Shown one piece after another: positions 1 through 8,095 of a stretch of DNA of 64,000 bases. Position 1 is the first letter of the stretch. Each line of letters opens with the position of its first letter. This DNA comes from an uncultured Planctomycetaceae bacterium. Its GTDB lineage: Bacteria; Planctomycetota; Planctomycetia; Planctomycetales; Planctomycetaceae. A program made the position numbers and the translations under genes. The stretch spans positions 1 to 64,000 of the forward strand of contig CAWFAK010000017.1 in NCBI GenBank assembly GCA_963813715.1. Reading direction: 5' to 3'. The notes under the pieces were generated by a model. It was given only the letters and a program-made list of their open reading frames with translations, made no database searches and was not told the DNA's origin.

Positions 1-169
1 CCTTGCCTATGCCGAGTTTAACCCTGCGAACAGCACCCCGAGCGTATCAATCGGAATCGCGGCCCTGCTGATCGCCGCTGCCGTTGCATCCGGAACAAAG
101 ATTGCAGTTCAGTGGGAAAGGCGGTGGTCCTGCGGTTGGGGCGATTCCGTTCTCTAAAGGGACCGGGAT

Positions 170-300
170 GTGCTTCATGAGGGGTTGAAGCAGAATTCGA
201 CGATCGTCATTGTCCCCAGCACGGCCGTCGAAACCATGCAACTTGGCGGTCTGGCCGGCTTGGCCACGTTCTCAATGGGACTGGCAAAGAAAACGAAGAT
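170..300 (+). pseudogene. C-terminal fragment of an SPFH/slipin (band 7) family protein
   Basis: Translation LHEGLKQNSTIVIVPSTAVETMQLGGLAGL resembles the C-terminal tail of bacterial slipin proteins; no upstream SPFH domain is visible. Confidence 0.55.
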
Positions 301-731
301 GGCGATGCGGCCCAACACGGGACCTCAGGGCGCCAGTGAGGCCACTTGGGGACGCCCGATTATTTGAAGTTCGGCAGGCACTCGCGAAACCGGAAGGCGG
401 TTAGGAAGAGGGCAAGACCATGCGAATCCGGACCGTCCTGCTTTTCTTTTGCGTTCTTTTGATCGCATTCTTAGCGTTCTCGGTTTTGATGCATTATTTC
501 GGTCCGAGAGCCGGATGGTGGTAGGGCCCAGGAGGAGATCCCGCAATGCGGGCTCAAACTGCGAGGAGCGGACAACCGCATCGGCAGTTTGTTCACCAGC
601 ACCAGTAGTAGCTGGATCGCTGCCATGCGATCGAAGTCCTCACGAGCGTTGGACCGACAGCTTCAGGCCGGCGTGATGTCGAGTGGTTCCCGACAACAAG
701 CCGGGCACATCGCACAAAGCGAGGCATCACC

Positions 732-1845
732 ATGTTTGGACACCAGGTCCAGTTGGGCAAGGTATTTGGAATTCGGATCGGCCTCGATTACTCCTGGTTT
801 CTGATCTTCGCCCTGCTTACGTGGCTTCTGGCCGTCAATTATTATCCGTCGGAGTTTAAGGACTGGTCGCCAGCGCTCTATTGGCTCATCGCGGCGATCA
901 CGGCGGTCATGCTCTTCGTGAGCGTCCTGTTGCATGAGTTGGGACACTCCGTCGTCGCGCTGCGGTTCGGGGTGCCCGTTCGGAACATCACGCTGTTCAT
1001 CTTCGGCGGCGTGTCTCAGATCGAGGCAGAACCCCCCACGCCGGCGCCGAGTTTCTGATCGCCATCGTCGGTCCCCTGGTCAGCGTGGCCCTCGGCTTCC
1101 TCTTTTACGCACTCAAGCCCCTGGTCGCAGCCAGCGAGCCACTTTTGGGCCTGACCGAGTATCTGGCTTACATCAATTTGGCCCTCGGCTTGTTTAATCT
1201 GATCCCCGGCTATCCGCTGGACGGCGGTCGGGTCCTTCCGCGATCGTCTGGGCGATCACCAACAACCTCCGCCGTGCGACGCTCGTTGCCGCAAACGTCG
1301 GCCGTTTCTTCGGGTTCTTGTTCATCTTTGTCGGCGTGTGGCAGATCTTCTCGGGCAACTTCGGCGGCGCGTGGATCGCGTTGATCGGTTGGTTCCTCGA
1401 AAGTGCTGCCACAGCGCAACTCCAACAGACCACGCTCCAAGCTCTGCTCGCCGGGCATCACGTTTCGCAAGCCATGCAGAGTCACTTCGAGTCAGTCCCG
1501 GCCGACCTCACCCTGCAGCGCTTAGTGGACGAACACGTGCTCGGCCGGGGAATTCGCTGTTTCCTCATCAAACGTGGCGACGGTGCCGTCGGGTTAACGA
1601 CGCTGCACCGAATCAAGGAAGTGCCGCAGTCGCAATGGGAGACCACGACGGTTGCTCAGATCATGGTTCCGCTAGAGCAATTGAAGCGGATCAAGCCGGA
1701 GGCTGAATTGTGGACAGCACTCGAGGAAATGGCTCACGACGGAGTCAATCAATTGCCGGTCATGCGCGATGGTCAGATCGTCGGCATGTTGAGCCGCGAA
1801 AACATCATCACGTTTCTGGGCACGCTTCACGCGATGGAGAGGTGA
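732..1845 (+). CDS. Site-2 protease (M50 zinc metalloprotease) with two C-terminal CBS domains; split by 2 frameshifts (~1050, ~1238)
   Basis: HELGH zinc motif, NLIPGYPLDGGR motif, TM segments and a CBS-like tail (QLPVMRDGQIVGMLSRENI) spread over ORFs 732-1058, 1085-1384 and 1318-1845. Confidence 0.9.
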
Positions 1846-1954
1846 CACACGGGATTAGTCACCACTGAAGTGAAGCGGCCCCAAACGAGTGCGGAAGCGC
1901 TCGTCGCTCGCAACTCACGCAACCTGGCGACACGGCGCAGAAGGATTCCACATC

Positions 1955-2234
1955 ATGACAACCGATGTCGACCCGACCACGGCTCCTGAATCGAAGCCCT
2001 TATCGATGTCCGATAAGAAGGATCGTCGGAAGACGCTTTCGATGCCTGAGGTGTAGAAAGAATTGCAGTCGTCGCCGGACGGCGTTAGTCAAGTCAACGC
2101 GCAGAGACGGCTGACTCAATATGGGCCGAACGAGCTCGAACAAAGGAAGACCAATCCGTTCCTGCAATTCCTCACCTAATTTTTGGGGTCCCATCCCGTG
2201 GATGATCGAAGGTGCCGTGATCCTGTCGGGGTGA
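1955..2234 (+). pseudogene. N-terminal remnant of a plasma-membrane-type H+-exporting P-type ATPase
   Basis: ATG at 1955; reads ...SSPDGVSQVNAQRRLTQYGPNELEQRKTNPFLQFLT/FWGPIPWMIEGAVILSG with an in-frame TAG at 2054, a stop/frameshift at ~2178 and truncation afterwards. Confidence 0.8.
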
Positions 2235-2420
2235 CGGCCATCGTTCCAAAGTCGTATGACTGGGTTGTGCAGGCCGTGGTGGTAGCCGACGATGCTCAAG
2301 GCAGCCGTGCTCAGGAAGAAATACCGGTGAAATACCGGCCTGCCGCGGGCTCCAGTCCCAGCCAGCGGACGGCGAAGACATCGAGAAAATGCCTGCTGGA
2401 AAAGACCAAACGACTCCATG
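2230..2420 (-). pseudogene. C-terminal remnant of a histidine phosphatase (phosphoglycerate mutase family)
   Basis: LVFSSRHFLDVFAVRWLGLEPAAGRYF joined by a frameshift to FLSTAALSIVGYHHGLHNPVIRLWNDGRH, typical of the family C-terminus; N-terminal RHG motif absent. Confidence 0.7.
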
Positions 2421-2454
2421 GCTTCGGCGATAGTCGCAGACGGCCTGCGTTCAA

Positions 2455-2752
2455 GAGCAGCCAGACGGCGTTGTTTGTCGGTACTTCGGGGACCGAAACG
2501 ATCGACTTCGCGGCTTCCGGCAAGTGCGGAATCGACGTGACGCTGGGCGGCGTGAACGAGGGTGTGTTTACGACGAGCGGCCCGCTGCTCGTCTTTGGTC
2601 AAGGCGGTAAGGACACGGTCAAAGAGGGCGGGCTCAAGAACTCGCTGTACCTCCTCGAGCGTCCGACGGCCGACAACGTCGGGGCCGACATGGACGAGGA
2701 ATCGATTCTCTGGGTCGGCCTGACCGCCGCTGTGGAGATTCTCAACGCCTGA
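2455..2752 (+). pseudogene. Probable C-terminal fragment of a large extracellular protein
   Basis: Coding-like codon bias and protein-like sequence (TALFVGTSGTETIDFAASG...WVGLTAAVEILNA*) without a credible start. Confidence 0.35.
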
Positions 2753-2958
2753 TTGATCGGAAGCGTGCGACTCGCTAGACCTTGTTGGCGACCTTTTTGC
2801 AGAAGCTCATGCAATTGCTGCCGGAAGCGGAAAACGACCCATTTACGGGAATCGACGGTCTCCCGTCCCGGCGCATTCGCTGCGCACTTTGTCCTACGCG
2901 AAAGAACGCGACCCGGAGAGCAGCCGCAGAAGCCGCTGCTCACCGGGTCAAAAGGTCT

Positions 2959-3591
2959 TCAGAAGCAGCTCACCTCCGCGATGTTGGCGTGGCTCTGTCT
3001 CATACCTCCCTGAAACCGCTCCCAACTGTCTCGGAATTCATTTCGCAATTGGGAAATCCGCGCGCAAGACAACCGAAACTTCTTAGCCACAGACGATGTC
3101 GGTTCTCCACCAGCCAGAAGGTTCGCAATGGACCGGTCTCTGGCAGATTGCTCTTTTAGCCAAGCTTCGATGTCCAGCCGTGCGGCCGCCGTCTGGGCGG
3201 GAGAAAACGCTCTGGTTTCAGCCAGGATTTCTCGCCAAGGTGATCGCGATTTGTCGTCCCAATCCTCCAGGCTCACGATCCGCAGTCCGTCCCGACGAGC
3301 CCGATGACAAAGCTCCCGGCAGTTGCGATGCCCTCCGACTCGGCGGCCGTCTTTAACGGCCAGAACGCAGAATCGAAGCAGGGGCCGGAACACTCGCCTG
3401 GGATCCTTGCCCCGAGCGGATAGCCGTACAAAAAACAGCCACATGCGGGCGATTGTTTCAGAGACAAGCTCATCCCGATCCGCGAGACGACAGCGTCGGA
3501 AGACGTGCTCGGCGTAGCGTTCGATATCCGGAAGGAGACGAACAAAATCTTGCTGAAGCCGTTCGATCGACTTTCGATTTCTTTTCGACAT
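2959..3591 (-). CDS. Sigma-70/ECF-like DNA-binding protein of the type seen in planctomycete mobile regions
   Basis: Region-2-like N-terminus (LLPDIERYAEHVFR..RDELVSETIA) and a C-terminal HTH (GEPTSSVAKKFRLSCARISQLR). Confidence 0.6.
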   Translation of the reverse strand: MSKRNRKSIERLQQDFVRLLPDIERYAEHVFRRCRLADRDELVSETIARMWLFFVRLSARGKDPRRVFRPLLRFCVLAVKDGRRVGGHRNCRELCHRARRDGLRIVSLEDWDDKSRSPWREILAETRAFSPAQTAAARLDIEAWLKEQSARDRSIANLLAGGEPTSSVAKKFRLSCARISQLRNEFRDSWERFQGGMRQSHANIAEVSCF

Positions 3592-3768
3592 AGAGCGACC
3601 TCTCAAAACGAGACCGCCCCTTCGCAGAGGCGGTCGTTAAGAAACAACCGCCTCCGCGACTTGCAGAGGCCCTAGGGACAGCTATGGGGGCGCTGCAACA
3701 TCCAGCGCCCCTGCTCAAAGCCGAAGACAAGCGCGGGGAAGCCTTGGGAGTCCAAGCGCCGCTTTCAC

Positions 3769-3969
3769 TCAGCTTGGGGTCGAATCCGTATGTGGCCTGC
3801 CATCCCCGGCGGCCTTGTCCTCAAGCCCCTGGCGCTCAGGCACAGGCTTTACGGCGATAACCGGCTCTGTGGCTGGCCGCGGCCCGGGTTCTCGCCGCCG
3901 GGCCAGCCAACGCTTGGCTAAGGCCTGGCCAATGCAGTCGGCCAAGTCGAACCAGATCGTGTCGGTCAT
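3769..3969 (-). CDS. Small hypothetical protein (MTDTIWFDLADCIGQALAKRWL...)
   Basis: ATG at 3969 preceded by GGAG; amphipathic helical N-terminus; lies downstream of the recombinase. Confidence 0.4.
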   Translation of the reverse strand: MTDTIWFDLADCIGQALAKRWLARRREPGPRPATEPVIAVKPVPERQGLEDKAAGDGRPHTDSTPS

Positions 3970-3999
3970 GCGCTGGGTCTCCGTTTGAGTGTTCGAAAC

Positions 4000-4029
4000 A
4001 AAAAAAGCCCAGCTCAAACGCTGGGCTTT
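4000..4029 (-). terminator. Rho-independent terminator downstream of the recombinase
   Basis: AAAGCCCAGC-N6-GCTGGGCTTT hairpin followed by a T-tract on the minus strand. Confidence 0.75.
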
Positions 4030-4055
4030 CTGAGTGACTTCAATACGCGGAAGAA

Positions 4056-5967
4056 CTAACCGGCTGCTTGGCCAGGACCCCCTTTCTCATCCTGTCGTAA
4101 CTTCATGGCGTCCACGTAACGCTTCCACGTGCTATATGCCGGGCCCGGTCTCAAGCCCGTGACGCGCTCGATCTCCGACCAAGGGAGGCCTCTTTCCCGC
4201 ATTTCGGCGATCTTCGGCGCCCACTCCTCCATCCGGGTCGGACGACCCAAGTCGATCACGAATTCGGGACTGCCTTGGGACTCCGCCGAACCGCGCATCC
4301 ATTCGCGAGGCTTTCGGGAATCGTCCCATCCATCGCGAAGAGGATAATGTCCCAGGCATTGACCCGATACGTGAGCCGGGCGTAACCACGCTTTTTGCCC
4401 GGGGCTACCACGGCCGACGCCTCAATGCGCCCGATCAGGCGACGGAGCAGGCGACCGGACCGCGCCTTGTCCTCGCGAAACAGTGCAGGGGTGTTTTGGA
4501 ATTGCTGACGAATCCACCCCTCATCTGGAAGCTCTGCGGAGCTAGCAACGGCCTGTTCGACCGCTTCGATCGCGCGCTTCAGTTCGGCCGCTTCGGCTTC
4601 GCGCTCGACGAGACGTTCGTCGAGCGCGTCGCTTTGACTCAGCTTGGGGTTTTCGAGCGCTTCAAGATGACCTCGATGGTTTCTTGGACTTCCAGAAGGC
4701 GTCGCTTGTCCGCCGCAAGCTGCTCGGGCACGACCTTGAATTGCTGCTCAAGCGTGGCGCGCATCGTGGCGATGGCCCGCGAGATCCACTCGGGCCAGTT
4801 CTCGAGCAGGTCGGCCAAGGTGCCCAGGATCGCGTCTTCCGCCGCTTTCACCGGCACACGAGTGCACATGGGACAGAGCCCGGGACCATCCCCGCTATCC
4901 GGGCAGGCGAGAAAGTACTTGCCTCCGCGTCCTTCTTGCCACATTCGCCGCTTGCAGACAGCACAGACGACCAAGCCTCGCAGCAGTCCTTGGGGATATT
5001 CAACCGAGTGATGCACGCGCGGGCCACGGCGCTTCTGACCCGGTTGCATACCGAATTGCTTGGTCAGCTGGATCAGACGTTTCTGCGCGAGTTCCCAAAG
5101 CTCCTGGGGGACGATCCGCAAGTCAGGACGTTCTCGGACAGCCTTGCGATCTTCCGGAACAGGGATTTGTCTGACCTTACCCTTGGAGTTGCGGATCGTC
5201 CGTTTTGCTCCCCAGCTCCACCGCCCAATGTACTTTGAATTGCTGAGGATGCGTCGAACCTGCTGATGGTGCCAGACCGTTTTCTTGGAGTGAACTCCTT
5301 TCGGGACCTTGAGCTTGGTCAGCTCGCGGGCGATCGCGTTGATCGACCAGAGCTTTACTGCAAACCACTCAAAGATTCGGCAAACCCAGCGAGCTTCGGG
5401 TTCGTTTTTCCGGATTCCCTTGACGGGCTTGGGGCCACGCTGCACCATCTTCTGGGCCCAGTCCGGGTCGATGAAATAAGACTCGAAACCGAAGCACGTG
5501 TCGCCCGCGCATTTGTCGTCGAGCACCCGCCCCAGTTGTCCGCGGTGCACACGCCGCCCGAGTTCACGGATGGTCGTCGAGTTATGCAGCTCCATGACCT
5601 TGACGTGCAGCTCCCAGCCCACTTCTTCCGTGTCGATGCCTTCACCGGTGGAGATGAACCGGCCGCCGACGAAGACCAAATCGGTGATGAAGGAAAAGAC
5701 ATTGTCCGCGCGACTAAACCGCGATTGATCGTCAACCGCGAGTAGAAACGCTTCCTTGCGTGCGATCATTGCGACGATTTCCGAGAACCCCGTCCGATCG
5801 CTGCGGGTTCCGCTTTCGGCGTCCTCCTCAATCACTACAGCATTGGTCGCATCAATGCCTTTTTCCCTGAGTTTTTGACGAACTTCCCTTACCTGATCTG
5901 CGCACGACTTGGGATTCTGCATGTCCGTCGAAAAGTGCGCAAAAATGACGATCTTTCGAAGTAACAT
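4056..5967 (-). mobile_element. Large serine recombinase (resolvase + recombinase + Zn-ribbon + coiled coil + C-terminal HTH-like); 2 frameshifts (~4665, ~4307)
   Basis: FAHFSTDMQ..S..DQ, ESGT, DDQSRFSR, FGF, ILSNSKYIG, IVPQELWELAQ and LLRGLVVCAVCKRRM..LAC motifs; the frame-corrected C-terminus continues to 4056. Confidence 0.9.
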
Positions 5968-6270
5968 TGAACACCTCAATCGAAGACAGGAAAACCTGTC
6001 GTCGACATGAGGCTGCTGGACGAGATGCCAGGGTTCAGGCGGCACGGTTTGCCGGATTGTGATTCCTGGTCAATCCAGCCGCTTGACGAGGTCGGAAAGC
6101 CCTTCTCCCGCGAGCTCAATGACTCCGGGGAAGAGCAAACCGACTAGGCGGCTTCCAGCATTAGGGATGGGAAAGGTGGCGTACGACCAGCGGCGATCCG
6201 GCCGGGCAATCGGGACGGGATTGATTCAGACCAGCGGGACGGGACGCGGCGGGACAAGACCGAAGATTTG

Positions 6271-6356
6271 TCACCACAAGAACACCAACAAATCCGATCC
6301 GCTGAGTAGGGATTACCTGAATAGGTTCTACTTCGTGCCTTCGTGTCTTGTGGTGA
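6271..6356. repeat. REP-like inverted repeat (TCACCACAAGA...TCTTGTGGTGA)
   Basis: 11-bp perfect arms with CTTCGTG-type internal periodicity. Confidence 0.6.
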
Positions 6357-6653
6357 AATCCTCCCCTCCGAGCGGGACGGGACACGATGTTTCACCGAGA
6401 AAACCCCGGAGAAACTCTGGGAAGACCGAAGCACCCGATAGCTGACGCGGTCGGCTCGCCAGGGGTGGGCGAGTTGGGGGAAGAGTGAGGCGGGAGGCGG
6501 AAAGGCATTGGCCGGTGGGTCGGGACGCTTTGTTTCAATCGGGAGTGACCCAGCGAAATAGTTGGCCCGGCGCCCTGGCGGGACGGTGACCCATCAACAG
6601 AAGTCACCCACAAGCAGCGGGGCACGCCGGGCGACAGTTAAGACCAGAAATTT

Positions 6654-6736
6654 TGAACAGGAGGTAGCGGAGGCAACAGAGGTTAGGGTGAAATGGCTTG
6701 GATCTTCCCTCTGTTAGCTCCGTTAACTCCTGTTCA
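6654..6736. repeat. REP-like 29-bp imperfect inverted repeat with 9-bp internal periodicity
   Basis: TGAACAGGAGGTAGCGGAGGCAACAGAGG pairs with CCTCTGTTAGCTCCGTTAACTCCTGTTCA (25/29). Confidence 0.75.
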
Positions 6737-6811
6737 TACGCCCTTCCCCGGATCGTCGGGACGGGACACCGGGACTGGGAACGGTACCGCGGGACGCCGG
6801 GACTGCAGCGC

Positions 6812-8059
6812 TCAGTAGTTGTAATCCACGCGGAACAGGACGCCTTCGGTGTAGATCTGGGCGCCTGAGCCGCTGGAGGCGCCCAGGAAATCGGCGAACT
6901 GCCACCAGCCCTCCCCCTGATATCCGATGAAGCAGCGGAGGGCCTGGCAACTGGGCGGTCTCCAGGCAACGCCCAGCGACCAGTTTGCGGTCGGCGCGGG
7001 CTGCGGATTGGACCGAATTGTCTGAGCAGTGGCTCCAGAGGTGGCGGTCTCGAAGAATCCTTGTCGGTCTTCGCCGATGAAGAGCGCACCGTCGAGACGG
7101 CCGACCAGCGTGAATCCCGAATCGCCGATCCGGCGTTCCAGATCGAGCGTCCAGCTCGGGCCGAGGCCCCAATAGTTGTTGTTCACACGGCGCTCGTAGA
7201 TTCCGCTGGCCCCGGGGGCTCCCGCGGCGGCCTTGGTCTCATCGGCCGTCGAGTCGAAGAAAATATCCGTGCCTCGCAAGCCCAAGTGCCACTTCATCCA
7301 CCAGGAGCAGATCGAGATCTCGTTGCTCGCGTACTCAAAGCCGGCCTCCTGAATGTCGAGGCGGCTGAGGAGCGAGGCCGGGCCATCGGGCGCCGAGCCC
7401 GGGCCTTCAATAGTTCCTGTGCCTCGTGAAGTAATGAAACGGTAGGAGAGATCGAACTCGCCGAACCCGTCGGGCAGGCGGTAGCCGAGTTGGAACAACG
7501 GCGAACCGGTCCAGTCGAGCCGCGCGTTCCCCACGGCAACCTGGCTCTTCACTCCTCCGAGGGTGACTGTGTCGTGAATTCCATCGCTCACGTGGGGGAG
7601 ATTGACATCGACCTCGACGTCCGCCACCCAGCCGGGCTGCGGCAGGCAGAACGGATCGAGCTTCGGGTCACAGTCGAAATAGGGGCACTCTGGCGTGGAG
7701 CACGTGTAAGTCGGCGTCGCCGGAGCGTAAAGCGATGCGGGGATGTTGGGACTTTGCGGCAGCCCGCTCAAGAACGGAGTTTCACTTCCGCTCGAATTCG
7801 TCGGCACGGCCGCCGTCGGCGCGGGGTCCGCCGACAAGATCGAGACGGGCAACTGCGCCGAGGCTCGCTCCGACTGGACGACAAGCGCGGCCAGAGCGCA
7901 CAGCGGCACAAGAGCGCGGAACAGTCCGCCGCGCCGCGCCGTCCCGAGGGGCAAGCGTCGCTGGCTGTCGCGTCGCGCGGGGAGGCGGCTGGAGCTGGCG
8001 AGGATTTGAGTTTGAGGAATCATGTCCGACCTCTGTGGCAGATGTTGTCCGATGTCCAT
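6812..8059 (-). CDS. Outer-membrane beta-barrel protein (planctomycete BBP7/Lpg1974-like)
   Basis: Signal-like hydrophobic segment, Pro/Cys-rich linker, alternating beta-strands, aromatic C-terminus (FRVDYNY). Confidence 0.65.
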   Translation of the reverse strand: MDIGQHLPQRSDMIPQTQILASSSRLPARRDSQRRLPLGTARRGGLFRALVPLCALAALVVQSERASAQLPVSILSADPAPTAAVPTNSSGSETPFLSGLPQSPNIPASLYAPATPTYTCSTPECPYFDCDPKLDPFCLPQPGWVADVEVDVNLPHVSDGIHDTVTLGGVKSQVAVGNARLDWTGSPLFQLGYRLPDGFGEFDLSYRFITSRGTGTIEGPGSAPDGPASLLSRLDIQEAGFEYASNEISICSWWMKWHLGLRGTDIFFDSTADETKAAAGAPGASGIYERRVNNNYWGLGPSWTLDLERRIGDSGFTLVGRLDGALFIGEDRQGFFETATSGATAQTIRSNPQPAPTANWSLGVAWRPPSCQALRCFIGYQGEGWWQFADFLGASSGSGAQIYTEGVLFRVDYNY

Positions 8060-8095
8060 TCAGACCCAGGCTCGTCACGAATCGGTGTACGAGGC

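Larger units (their letters stand above)
6210..6803 (+). repeat. GGGAC / GGGACGGGA motif cluster (about 13 GGGAC copies)
   Basis: Copies at ~6212, 6236-6255, 6374-6383, 6522, 6580, 6758-6779, 6791 and 6799. Confidence 0.75.

Noticed and set aside
5968..6810. tRNA/tmRNA integration site beside the recombinase
   Set aside because: No cloverleaf, T-loop or CCA end recognisable; serine recombinases do not need one
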